Shown: positions 9,959 to 23,080, counted from the stretch's first letter. The stretch is 64,000 nt of DNA from Salinivirgaceae bacterium (GCA_024405635.1 JAKSOL010000003.1:96001-160000); one strand, 5' to 3'. Translations and numbers: made by a program. The notes: generated from the sequence alone by a model not told the origin.

Positions 9959-10987
9959 GTGAAGAAGTTTCTTTCGGCACTTAAATACGTGCTTTTTCTG
10001 GCAATAGGCATTGCTGTTTTCTACTACATATACAAAGAATTTAAATGGGACGAACTAAAAGGCCAATTGTCGTCGCTCAAATGGGGTTGGATAGTTTTAG
10101 GTTTGGCAATAGGTTTGGTTAGTCACACATGCCGAGCCTTGCGTTGGAATATGCTAATCAATCCGTTAGGCTACAAAACCAACCTTTTTCGCACCTTTTG
10201 TGCGGTAATGTCAATGTATTTCACCAACCTGATTATTCCACGAGGCGGCGAGTTTGTACGTTGCACGGCACTCAATCGTTCCGATCGCATACCATTTGCA
10301 GTGTTGCTAGGTACTGTGGTGGTTGAGCGCTCGGTTGATATTATTTTGCTTATAGTGTTGGTAATCATCACCTTTTGCATTCAATTGCCATTTTTTAAAG
10401 ACTTTTTTAGCCAACCTGGGCACGAAATTGATGTTCAAAAATTTGAACTTTTTCTTTCGCCTTGGTTTTGGGTTATAACCGTGTTGGCATGTGTAGCAAT
10501 TGTGTTTGTGCTATGGAAAATGCGCAAAACAATAAGCCAATGGCGCATAATGCAACCAGTTATTGAGTTGATGCACAAATTCTTAGACGGACTGAAATCG
10601 GTAACCAAACTGAAAAATCCATGGCTCTTTGGGTTCTACTCGTTGTTTATCTATTTCACCTATTTCCTAATGACATTTGTGGTGTTTTACAGCTTTGAAC
10701 CAACTCAAAATCTGACCTTTTCGGCTGGACTAACCACCTTTATTATGGGAGGTTTGGCAATGCTTGTTCCTGTGCAAGGCGGCATAGGTCCATGGCACTT
10801 TATGGTTTACGAAACATTGGCGCTTTATGGCATTCAAATTGCTGACGGAAAGGTGTTTGCACTTATTTGCCACACATCAACCAATGCCTTTATGTTGGTG
10901 GTTGGTGCAGCTTGTTTGGTTTACTTGACATTGGTGGGGCGCCAAAACACAAATATTGAACAAACCGCAACGGTTAATGAAAAATAA
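9959..10987 (+). CDS. Lysylphosphatidylglycerol synthase TM-domain (flippase-like, UPF0104) protein
   Basis: RALRW, IPRGGEFVR, GTVVVERSVD, PVQGGIGPWH. Confidence 0.85.
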   Translation: MKKFLSALKYVLFLAIGIAVFYYIYKEFKWDELKGQLSSLKWGWIVLGLAIGLVSHTCRALRWNMLINPLGYKTNLFRTFCAVMSMYFTNLIIPRGGEFVRCTALNRSDRIPFAVLLGTVVVERSVDIILLIVLVIITFCIQLPFFKDFFSQPGHEIDVQKFELFLSPWFWVITVLACVAIVFVLWKMRKTISQWRIMQPVIELMHKFLDGLKSVTKLKNPWLFGFYSLFIYFTYFLMTFVVFYSFEPTQNLTFSAGLTTFIMGGLAMLVPVQGGIGPWHFMVYETLALYGIQIADGKVFALICHTSTNAFMLVVGAACLVYLTLVGRQNTNIEQTATVNEK

Positions 10988-12257
10988 CTTGTTAAACATT
11001 TTCAGTTTGTTGGTGGCGTTGCTCGTTTTGGCAATGCCATTCAGTCAAGTACTAACAAATTTTTTGCTCACACTTGTTTGTTGCGTTGCACTTACTCAAA
11101 ACTTTAAGTTTCAAATTTACCGATATAACAAACTGCAACTTTGTGTAATTCTGCTTGTTGCGGCTTATTTTTTAGTTAATCTGCAAGGCTTTGTTGTTTC
11201 GTCCGACAAGTATCACGCACAGCAAAATTTGTCAAAACTAACGCCATTTGCCGCATTGCCGTTGTTGGCTCTTTTGTTTGGCGAACAACTGGCTCAACAA
11301 TACAAACGTGTGTTAAAATGGTTTGTTGCGGCCGTAACCATAGCATCGTTAACTTGTTTAGCGTTAGCCGTTTATAGGTCGATATACATAACCCCCGATG
11401 GCTGGCAATTCAATCCATTTATAGGCTATCGCACACAGTTTGTTTACACATATTTGTCGGTTTTTCTCTACACCAACAGTTTTGCAATGTACGTGGTGTT
11501 TGCCTTGGCAGTGTTGTTGTGGCTGGCATTGTTTGGTGGCGTTAAACCACGAGTAGGTTTTTGGTTGCTTGTAACACTTTGTGTAGCAATGGTTTATTTG
11601 TTATCGTCGCGCACCAATGTGTACTCAATGTTCCTAATCTTGTATTTCACCATTGCCGTTTATTATTTGCTAAAGCGTAACATTCGCACAACAATTATTA
11701 TGCTGATAGGCGTTAGTGCGTTGCTCTACTTTTTTCAGAACTGCAACATGCGCGTTCACAATCTGTCGGACAAAGTTGCTGAATACGTTGAAGGTGGCGA
11801 GGTTGAAATTGTGTTAGACGACGGAACTGTTGTGGTTCGCGAGTATAAGGCAAGCGATGTAAATGTGCGAGTGGCAATGTGGCAATGTGGTTTGAAACTA
11901 GTAGCCGAAAAACCACTAACAGGCTTTGGCTTAGGCGATTATAACAATGAATTGCGTCGTGCTTATGCCGAAAACGACCTTTGGGAGGCCGTTGATAAAT
12001 TCTACGACCAACATAATCAGTATCTTGAAACTTTAGGCCGAAACGGAATTTTGGGTTTGATAGTGATGCTAGGACTTCTTTTATCGGCATTTGTTTTGGC
12101 AATAAAGCAACGTAACTACTTGATGGCGTGTTTGTTAATAGTGGTGTCGCTCAACATGCTTATGGAATCGATATTCAATCGCTACAGCAACTCTATTTTT
12201 GTTTGCCTTATGCTGATGCTAGCAATGTTTGGCGAGGGAAAAAATAAGCAGAATTAA
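10977..12257 (+). CDS. O-antigen ligase (Wzy_C) family protein
   Basis: Multiple TM helices, LLSSRT, RVAMW, PLTGFGLG, HNQYLETLGRNGILG. Confidence 0.82.
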   Translation: MKNNLLNIFSLLVALLVLAMPFSQVLTNFLLTLVCCVALTQNFKFQIYRYNKLQLCVILLVAAYFLVNLQGFVVSSDKYHAQQNLSKLTPFAALPLLALLFGEQLAQQYKRVLKWFVAAVTIASLTCLALAVYRSIYITPDGWQFNPFIGYRTQFVYTYLSVFLYTNSFAMYVVFALAVLLWLALFGGVKPRVGFWLLVTLCVAMVYLLSSRTNVYSMFLILYFTIAVYYLLKRNIRTTIIMLIGVSALLYFFQNCNMRVHNLSDKVAEYVEGGEVEIVLDDGTVVVREYKASDVNVRVAMWQCGLKLVAEKPLTGFGLGDYNNELRRAYAENDLWEAVDKFYDQHNQYLETLGRNGILGLIVMLGLLLSAFVLAIKQRNYLMACLLIVVSLNMLMESIFNRYSNSIFVCLMLMLAMFGEGKNKQN

Positions 12258-12702
12258 GTAAGTTGTTGGGTTGTTTAACAAGCATAAAATCTGTTTAGTT
12301 AATAATATTAATTAAATAAATTTTGGTTGCGGTTTGCGTTGAATTTTAGATTGTTAAGCATGATTAATGACTGATTGCCAAAGTGAGAGTGGACTTTTTT
12401 AATCCAGGTTGAAAAAACTCAAACAAAAATTTGGAAGTTTGTTTTTTTTGGCGCTGTTGGTGTAATTGGCGGAATGTTGTTTTCAATCGTTGCTTTTGTT
12501 TTGTTTATGCCAATTTGGTTTCCTGTTGAGGCTCGTTGCCAAAAATTGAAATAAATAATTCCTTGTGCATTATTTCAAAATGCAAGATTTTTCTCGTTCT
12601 TTGATGTAAAGTTATTTGTGCAATTAACCGTTTGATAACCAATTGAATGCACGGTTTTTTTGCATCAATTTTATAGTAATCGTTAACAAAACAAAAAACA
12701 AT

Positions 12703-13215
12703 ATGGACTTTCTAAAGCTAGTGCAAGAGCGCTATTCTTGCAAAAAGATGAACGGCGAGAAAATAACCGAACAACAACTGAACATTATACTCGAGGCAGG
12801 CCGATGGGCGCCAACTGCCAAAAACTTGCAAGAGCAACGCATATATGTAGTGGAGTCGGCCGAAGGTTTGGCAAAAATCGATTCTGTTACGCCATGCCGA
12901 TACGGAGCATCAACCGTGTTGGTTGTTGCATGGAACAAAAACAACGTGTTTACCTATCCCGGTGGGCAATGCAATTCGGGTTGCGAAGATGCCACCATTG
13001 TAGCAACTCACATGATGTTGGCTGCCAAATCGGTTGGCGTTGAAAGTTGCTGGATAAAATTTTTCGATCCCGAAAAAACGGCCCAAGTGCTAGGCTTGCC
13101 CAACAACGAGGAGGTGCTAATGATGCTTAACCTTGGTTTTCCTGCCGATGGTGGCCAACCACTTGCTAATCATGCATCGCGAAAACCTATTTCCGAAACT
13201 GTAACTCGTTTATAA
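12703..13215 (+). CDS. Nitroreductase family protein
   Basis: ERYSCKK, APTAKNLQ, DATIVATHMMLAA..GVESCWI. ATG at 12703 follows an A-rich initiation region. Confidence 0.88.
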   Translation: MDFLKLVQERYSCKKMNGEKITEQQLNIILEAGRWAPTAKNLQEQRIYVVESAEGLAKIDSVTPCRYGASTVLVVAWNKNNVFTYPGGQCNSGCEDATIVATHMMLAAKSVGVESCWIKFFDPEKTAQVLGLPNNEEVLMMLNLGFPADGGQPLANHASRKPISETVTRL

Positions 13216-13233
13216 TAAAAACATTACGCAGCA

Positions 13234-14208
13234 ATGTTCGTCGTACTCACACTTTTCTTGTGCATCTTTTTGGCACTAGTTCCCAATGTGCTTTACCTTG
13301 TTTGCTACATAATTGCATTGCCGTTTCATTATCATTTGCCATATCGTTTTTTTGGCTACACGGCTATAACTCTGGTTGTTGTGTGCGCAAGTTTGTTGTT
13401 GTACGGCAATCTTATAGGCCGATTTCTTCATCAAGTAAAGCAAGTCAATTATGTTAATGCCGATGTCCCAAATGCGTTTGTTGGTTACCGAATTGTGCAC
13501 ATAAGCGACCTTCATCTCGATAGTTGGAAGGGACATAGCCGTCAACTTGAAAAACGCATCAACGAGATTAATAACCTTAATCCTGACCTTATTTGCTTTA
13601 CCGGCGATTTGGTGTCGATGTCGGCAAACGAAATTGAGCCGAATATTGAAATTCTGAAAAAACTGAAAGCAAAAGATGGGGTAGTGTCGGTGTTGGGAAA
13701 TCACGATTACATGCCTTATAGCCGCATTAGTGCTGAACAGCGGAACGAAGCAATTGAAAGCGTTGTGCGCAGTCAACGAAACGATTTAGGTTGGCAACTG
13801 CTACTAAATGAGCATGTTATGTTGCATCTAGGAACCGATAGCATAAAAATAATTGGTTGCGAAAACCATAGCGTTGGAGCACATTCGGTAGTTCAGCGTG
13901 GCAATTTGGCTAGGGCAATGGGGGAACCGCAAATGGCTGGTTTCCAAGTTCTTTTAACTCACGACCCTTCGCATTGGCGACACGAAGTGCTTGAAAAAAC
14001 GCCTATTCAATTAACCTTGAGCGGACACACTCACGCAATGCAGTTCCGCATTTTTGGTTGGACACCTTCGCGGTGGCTATATCCCGAGTGCGATGGCCTT
14101 TACACCGAAAACAACCAAACGCTGTACGTAAACATCGGTTTGGGCGGAACAGCTCCGTTTCGTATAGGTGCGATACCTGAAATAACACTTATCACTCTTG
14201 CTAAATAA
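13234..14208 (+). CDS. Membrane-anchored calcineurin-like metallophosphoesterase (YkuE-like)
   Basis: SDLH, TGD, GNHD, THDP, GHTH metal motifs and N-terminal TM helices. Confidence 0.9.
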   Translation: MFVVLTLFLCIFLALVPNVLYLVCYIIALPFHYHLPYRFFGYTAITLVVVCASLLLYGNLIGRFLHQVKQVNYVNADVPNAFVGYRIVHISDLHLDSWKGHSRQLEKRINEINNLNPDLICFTGDLVSMSANEIEPNIEILKKLKAKDGVVSVLGNHDYMPYSRISAEQRNEAIESVVRSQRNDLGWQLLLNEHVMLHLGTDSIKIIGCENHSVGAHSVVQRGNLARAMGEPQMAGFQVLLTHDPSHWRHEVLEKTPIQLTLSGHTHAMQFRIFGWTPSRWLYPECDGLYTENNQTLYVNIGLGGTAPFRIGAIPEITLITLAK

Positions 14209-14225
14209 TTGAAACCGAGCTAACT

Positions 14226-15479
14226 ATGAAAGCGTTTAGTCCGTTGCTCTTCTTTTTTGTGGCCTATGTTGGTGGTAGCATTTTGCTGCACGATTTTTAT
14301 GCCATACCAATTATTGTGGCTTTTGTAGCGGCAAGTCTTTATGCTCTTTTTGTTTTTCGCACAAAACCATTTAACAACATAGTAATGGCGTTTGCACGAG
14401 GCGCAGGCAACGAGAACATTATGTACATGATTCTCATTTTTATTCTTGCAGGAGCATTTGCCTCGCTTGCTAAAAGCATTGGTGCGATTGATGCCACAGT
14501 TAATCTTTGCTTGTACTTTTTGCCTACATCGTTGTTGCTACCCGGACTTTTTATTGCCACATGTTTGGTGTCGATGAGCATAGGTACATCGGTTGGCTCA
14601 ATAGTGGCAATGGTGCCACTTGCGGCAGGATTGGCTACACAAACAGGAAACAGCGTGGCTCTTTACACAGCTTGTATAGTTGGTGGCGCGTTTTTTGGCG
14701 ACAATTTGTCGTTTATTAGCGATACCACTATTGTAGCAACTCGCACGCAAGGTATTGCCATGCACGAAAAATTTAAGGCCAACTTGCGCATTGTGTTGCC
14801 AGCCGCTTTGATTGCAATGGTTATTTATGCGGTTATTGGTTTTGGCAGTTCGGCAACTCATAGTGTCGATGCTCCCGACATTGTTAGAGTGCTGCCATAC
14901 TTGGTGGTGCTTGTTACAGCCATTTGTGGGTTTAATGTAATTGTGGTGCTTGCCATTGGTCTGTTGCTTTGTTCGGCTTTGGCACTTGGGTTATATTCAT
15001 TAACTATTACTAGTGTAATGCAATCTGTTGATAGCGGTGTAAAGGCAATGTGTGAACTTATAGTGGTTACAATGCTTGCTGGTGGACTAATGGAAATGGT
15101 TCGCATCAACGGTGGTATCGATTCGTTGATGAACAAAATAAGTAGGCGCATTAAAAATCGTCAAGGTGCTGAACTGAGCATCGGTGCGCTTGTTGTTTTG
15201 GCCGATTTCTGCACAGCCAACAACACCATTGCCATTTTAACCGTAAGCAGCATAGCCAAACAAATTGCTGAACGATTTGGCATTGCTCCGCAACGTGTGG
15301 CTAGTTTGCTCGATACTTGGAGTTGCTTTGCTCAATCGCTTATTCCGTATGGCGCTCAGTTGTTAATAGCCTCAGGTTTAGCCGGCATTGCGCCAACTCA
15401 AATAATACAATTCTTGTTCTATCCGTTTGTATTGGCATTGGTCACACTGGGTTCAAGTTTGGTTAAAAAGGGCAAATGA
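14226..15479 (+). CDS. NhaC family Na+/H+ antiporter-like transporter
   Basis: SIGTSVGSI, GGAFFGDNLSFISDTTI, ANNTIAIL, IPYGAQ. Confidence 0.85.
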   Translation: MKAFSPLLFFFVAYVGGSILLHDFYAIPIIVAFVAASLYALFVFRTKPFNNIVMAFARGAGNENIMYMILIFILAGAFASLAKSIGAIDATVNLCLYFLPTSLLLPGLFIATCLVSMSIGTSVGSIVAMVPLAAGLATQTGNSVALYTACIVGGAFFGDNLSFISDTTIVATRTQGIAMHEKFKANLRIVLPAALIAMVIYAVIGFGSSATHSVDAPDIVRVLPYLVVLVTAICGFNVIVVLAIGLLLCSALALGLYSLTITSVMQSVDSGVKAMCELIVVTMLAGGLMEMVRINGGIDSLMNKISRRIKNRQGAELSIGALVVLADFCTANNTIAILTVSSIAKQIAERFGIAPQRVASLLDTWSCFAQSLIPYGAQLLIASGLAGIAPTQIIQFLFYPFVLALVTLGSSLVKKGK

Positions 15480-15505
15480 TTAGTTATTAATCATTCCAAA
15501 GGCGG

Positions 15506-15555
15506 CTTCGGCAAGCTCAGCCACCCAATGCACCCGGTGCCTGAGCTTGTCGAAG
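15506..15555. repeat. REP-like inverted repeat between convergent genes
   Basis: cttcggcaagctcag (15506-15520) / ctgagcttgtcgaag (15541-15555): a GC-rich 15-bp stem with one G-U pair. Confidence 0.6.
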
Positions 15556-15665
15556 GCACGGTTAGAATATTGATGCGTTGAACTGATGATTTGCTATTGA
15601 CTATTAACCGTTGACCATTGGTCGCAAAAGGCTAAAAGCTAACAGCATAGTTTATTAAACATTAA

Positions 15666-16943
15666 TCATTGTTTACAATTAGTTAGCCATTCATAAGCTG
15701 GAATGCATTGTATTTTAATACCATTAGCTTCTATTGTTTCTGAATGACTGTTGGTTATTAGCCATACGTTATTGCAATTAGTGGCATTGGCTGCCGATAC
15801 GCATCCTGAAATTTCACGTTTGCGAGTTTTGGCATTAGATATGTCGTAGCTTACTTGATAAATACCTGTAACGCTATTGCCACTTGTTGTTACAAAATCG
15901 CATTCGCTCTTTTGTACAGCATAATAATAAATGTCCTCATTGGTGTACTTTATGCGTCTGCGTAACTCTAAATAGACAATGGTTTCTAACCTCCAACCCA
16001 AATTGTTGCCTGCCAACGCATTTTCCCTCTTGTTCATCATGGCCACATCTATAGCATATATTTTTTCGCTTTGGGTTCTTATGCTGCTCTTGTTTGAAAA
16101 CTTTTTTATGGGCAAAATGAGATATGCTTGAGTTAAATACGAAAGGTAGTTGTCCATTGTAATAGGCGACTTCATTTCAAATAATTTTCGGAGATTGGGT
16201 TTGTTGATTATTGCTGGTGATATGTTCAAAAGATGTTGCGACAATAGTCTCAAACCCTCAATGTTTTTTACATTGAATCTTCGTTTAATATCTTGAGTTA
16301 TTATGCTTTCATATAATGAATTTACGTAGCCTAAAGAATTTTTTTCGTGCAGAAGTTCAGGCAACCCACCTTGTGCAATATACTGGTCGAAACATCTTGC
16401 CAACAATCCTCTGTTTTTTGTTGTTAATGGGGTTGTTGCCACTTTGTTGTAATTGCAAAATTCGGCGAAAGAAAAGGGCAGTAGTTCTATTTTTGAATGT
16501 CTTCCAGTTAGGTGCGTAGCTAAGTCTTGCGACAATAATTTTGAATTACTGCCAGTTATCAATAAATGCTTGCCTTGACGTAATAGCCTGTTAATGAATA
16601 ATTCCCAGTGATTAATGTTCTGTATTTCGTCAAAAAAGAAATAGTCCAAGTCGCCATGAATTTGATATAGCGTCATCAGAATGTCATCAAGTTCCTCGGT
16701 TTTTAGTTCTACAAGGCGTTCGTCGTCATAGTTCACATATCCAAACTTAACGGCTGCTTTTTGCAAAACATTCTTGCACAATGTTGATTTGCCGCACCGC
16801 CTAACTCCTATTACAACTTGGGCAAGCTGACTATGTAAATCAACTAAATCTTCCTCCTTGCGATGACAAAGATTAGGTATTGTCCTTGTATCAAGTTCAT
16901 CTGCTTGATCTATAATAATTTGCTTTAATTTCTCTTTGTCCAT
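15666..16943 (-). CDS. AAA+ ATPase, AAA_14 plus DUF4143-type C-terminal domain
   Basis: Walker A GVRRCGKST, Walker B FFFDEIQ, ITGSNS, LLPFSFAEF, GGLPE, KIYAID, LETIVYLEL, ECDF. Confidence 0.88.
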   Translation of the reverse strand: MDKEKLKQIIIDQADELDTRTIPNLCHRKEEDLVDLHSQLAQVVIGVRRCGKSTLCKNVLQKAAVKFGYVNYDDERLVELKTEELDDILMTLYQIHGDLDYFFFDEIQNINHWELFINRLLRQGKHLLITGSNSKLLSQDLATHLTGRHSKIELLPFSFAEFCNYNKVATTPLTTKNRGLLARCFDQYIAQGGLPELLHEKNSLGYVNSLYESIITQDIKRRFNVKNIEGLRLLSQHLLNISPAIINKPNLRKLFEMKSPITMDNYLSYLTQAYLILPIKKFSNKSSIRTQSEKIYAIDVAMMNKRENALAGNNLGWRLETIVYLELRRRIKYTNEDIYYYAVQKSECDFVTTSGNSVTGIYQVSYDISNAKTRKREISGCVSAANATNCNNVWLITNSHSETIEANGIKIQCIPAYEWLTNCKQ

Positions 16944-16962
16944 AATAGTCGGTTTTTATTCG

Positions 16963-16970
16963 CAAATATA
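16963..16970 (-). promoter_or_regulatory. Bacteroidetes -7 promoter element for the ATPase gene
   Basis: TATATTTG on the minus strand, about 20 nt upstream of the ATG. Confidence 0.6.
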
Positions 16971-16989
16971 CACTTATCTTCTATTCAAA

Positions 16990-17072
16990 TATATTATCTC
17001 GGTCCAAAATGGCATGTTCTACTATATTATCTCGGTCTAAAATGGCACTTGCTACTATATTATCTCGGTCCA
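16990..17072. repeat. 33-bp tandem repeat, 2.5 copies
   Basis: Units start at 16990, 17023 and 17056: tatattatctcggtccaaaatggcatgttctac / tatattatctcggtctaaaatggcacttgctac / tatattatctcggtcca. Confidence 0.9.
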
Positions 17073-17271
17073 GATATGAGGCTCGCGAACGGATGGCCTT
17101 TATCCGTTAACCGTGGTAAAATGTTGATTTGCTGAACCGTTGAGTGGTTGAGGCTCAGGTAACGTAAAACGCACTATGTGTGCTGAAATATTTTTTTTGT
17201 GTAAAAATACTTCGGCAAAAGAAATGTTGTAAAGTGCAGTATAACAGCTTGTTCCTGTTGACAAACATCGG

Positions 17272-18186
17272 TTACCGATAAGCAAATTTTCGGTATTCGG
17301 TGGGAGTGATGCTCGTAAAACGTTTGAAGAAGTTGGAGAGATGGGCTTGCGACGAAAATTCAAGTTCGTAAGCTATTTCTTGAATGGTTTTGTCGGTTAG
17401 TAGTAGCTCTTTTATTTTGTTTAAAAGAGTGTTGTCTATTATCGATTTTGGCGACTGTGATGCTACTTTTCGAGTTACTTGCGATAGGTATCGGGCCGAA
17501 ACGTTAAGTCGCGATGCATAGTAATTTACATCGTGGCTGTTTTTGCACTCGTCGGTTTGCATGGCTGTAAAACTGCTATATAGAGTAATGCAACGGCTTG
17601 AGTTTTCGGGGTTTACGTTTGTCGGAAGCATGAATTTTGCCTTTTTTTCGGCCTTGTCAAGAGTCATTTCTTGGCATAGCAAAGTTGCAATGGTTGAGCA
17701 CAATTCGTTGCATCGGCCGTGGCTATCGTCGGCTACAATGGTGTGTTCGGCTATAAAGTGGTTGCTATCGCGCTTGCGAACAACAACAGCATGGCACAAA
17801 GGAATTAGTTTTTGCTGAATGCGGTCAATCAGTTCGTCGCTCATCATCATCTCCTCGTGGCTTGAGTAAACCACAGGCGAAAACAGAACCCACTGCGGTT
17901 TGTATCGCACTATGCAGCGTATTATGGCATCAAGTGTGTAAATGTTGCGTATCAGTCCTATTTTGAAAACAAAAGGCGAAAAATCTTCGGCAACAGCATC
18001 TATCTGGCGTTCAACCATTTCGGCAGGAATGTCAAAATAATCTTGAATGCCAAGCGTGTTTTGCATTGTGAGCGTAGTGATTACCGAAAGAGCCTTGCCT
18101 CCAAGTCCAGTTATGGTTTTTATGTCGGCTTGTATTCCAGCACCTCCAGCGCTATCCGATCCTGTTATTGTAAGTGTTGCGTTCAT
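17272..18186 (-). CDS. Fusion of a ThiD-like (HMP kinase) domain and an AraC-type HTH
   Basis: N-terminal LTITGSDSAGGAGIQADIKT...TMQNTLGI (ThiD). C-terminal VNYYASRLNVSARYLS...IQEIAYELEFSSQAHLSNFFKRFTSITPTEYR (AraC). Confidence 0.85.
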   Translation of the reverse strand: MNATLTITGSDSAGGAGIQADIKTITGLGGKALSVITTLTMQNTLGIQDYFDIPAEMVERQIDAVAEDFSPFVFKIGLIRNIYTLDAIIRCIVRYKPQWVLFSPVVYSSHEEMMMSDELIDRIQQKLIPLCHAVVVRKRDSNHFIAEHTIVADDSHGRCNELCSTIATLLCQEMTLDKAEKKAKFMLPTNVNPENSSRCITLYSSFTAMQTDECKNSHDVNYYASRLNVSARYLSQVTRKVASQSPKSIIDNTLLNKIKELLLTDKTIQEIAYELEFSSQAHLSNFFKRFTSITPTEYRKFAYR

Positions 18187-18294
18187 TGTTGGTTGTTAAT
18201 ATAGCCATTAGTGCTCTTTGTAAAAGCAATTGTTCTCATTCTTGCAAAGATAAGCCGACAATGTGCAAAATTTGACGGTAAAATGTATGTGCAA

Positions 18295-18331
18295 ACAAAA
18301 AAAGAACCGCCCCATCAGGGACGGTTCTTTT
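18295..18331. repeat. Left copy of duplicated terminator (candidate attL)
   Basis: acaaaaaaagaaccgccccatcagggacggttctttt, 35/37 identical to 23081-23117. Confidence 0.8.
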
Positions 18332-18433
18332 GTGAAAGGGTTTTTAAAGCGTTACAAAATACCATAAGTAAATGATTCTCAGCTACATGAACAATATTCG
18401 ATACTATAATGAAACCCAGGCAGGTGGGATGGG

Positions 18434-18670
18434 GAGGCGCTATTCGTCACCCTCGCATCACCACATACGCGTCTGACCATCAGCGGAGTTGAGAAGAGAA
18501 TCAAGGAATTGGGCAAACGACTAGATATGCCCAAAGTGCATCCTCACAAGTTTAGGCGAACTATGGCGACAATGGCCATTGACAAGGGTATGCCCATCGA
18601 GCAAGTGCAGAAACTTTTGGGTCATGTGCGCATAGACACGACGCTACGCTATGCCATCGTGAACCAGAAT
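18434..18670 (+). pseudogene. Tyrosine recombinase C-terminal fragment
   Basis: EALFVTL...VHPHKFRRTMATMAIDKGMPIEQVQKLLGHVRIDTTLRY (HxxR, LGH, catalytic Tyr). The N-terminal part is absent; an in-frame stop lies at 18410. Confidence 0.85.
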
Positions 18671-18674
18671 AAAT

Positions 18675-18881
18675 TTAGTGGTATGCGACGAGTTTGGATA
18701 TGTAAACTGCGACAAGGAAGGAGGCGAACTCTTGTTCAATCACTTGTCTCTACGGGCGGGTAAGAAGGCAATAATAATCACTACTAATCTTGCTTTCAAC
18801 AGATGGAACGAGATAATTAAAGATAAGGTCCTGGTCGCGGCTATGGTAGATCGGTTGACTCATAAAGCCATGTTGGTAAAC
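18675..18881 (+). pseudogene. istB: IS21-family IstB ATPase C-terminal fragment
   Basis: LVVCDEFGY (Walker B), IIITTNLAFNRW, AAMVDRLTHKA. No Walker A and no istA. Confidence 0.85.
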
Positions 18882-18902
18882 TCTCAAGTGAATTTACATT
18901 AG

Positions 18903-22697
<3,795 letters not shown>

Positions 22698-22729
22698 TCC
22701 TACTAGGAGAAGTGCCAGACTAAGATATT

Positions 22730-22773
22730 AAGGTACTGATAATTCTGTTATTTCAGAATTATCAGTACCTTTT
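22730..22773 (+). terminator. Terminator after GH2
   Basis: Perfect 18-bp stem aaggtactgataattctg / cagaattatcagtacctt with a 6-nt loop. Confidence 0.75.
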
Positions 22774-23080
22774 GGTATTACAGAAAGCTACATATTAATT
22801 TAAACGCACATTGATTATGGCTAAAAAGTCATTACAGGCACTCATAGTGATTTATTTTGATGATAGTGCGGTGAGAATCAGTGTAGAATACCATTGAGAC
22901 GGAAATTTTTGCTTGTGCGTATGATGAGCGTATGACGTGCGTATGTGTTTGGAGGGAGATAGACATTGGTATTATTGGGGAAAGTATGGTCGCAAACATT
23001 CAGTACCATTTAAAAAGTGTTTGAACTTAATTGAGGAAGAATAATTTGCTAATGCGCCAAAATTGAGAGAAAAAGGGAAG

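Noticed and set aside
16990-17072. Mini-CRISPR interpretation of the 33-bp repeats
   Set aside because: The units are nearly identical end to end with no unique spacers, and there are no cas genes in the window.
17076-17271. TPP riboswitch or other known ncRNA near the ThiD-AraC gene
   Set aside because: Only short hairpins are present (for example AACGGAT/ATCCGTT at 17088-17108). I could not find the TPP-box consensus on either strand.
18509-18763. 84-aa ORF as a functional integrase
   Set aside because: It lacks the N-terminal domains and the first catalytic Arg region, and its tail is out-of-frame istB sequence.
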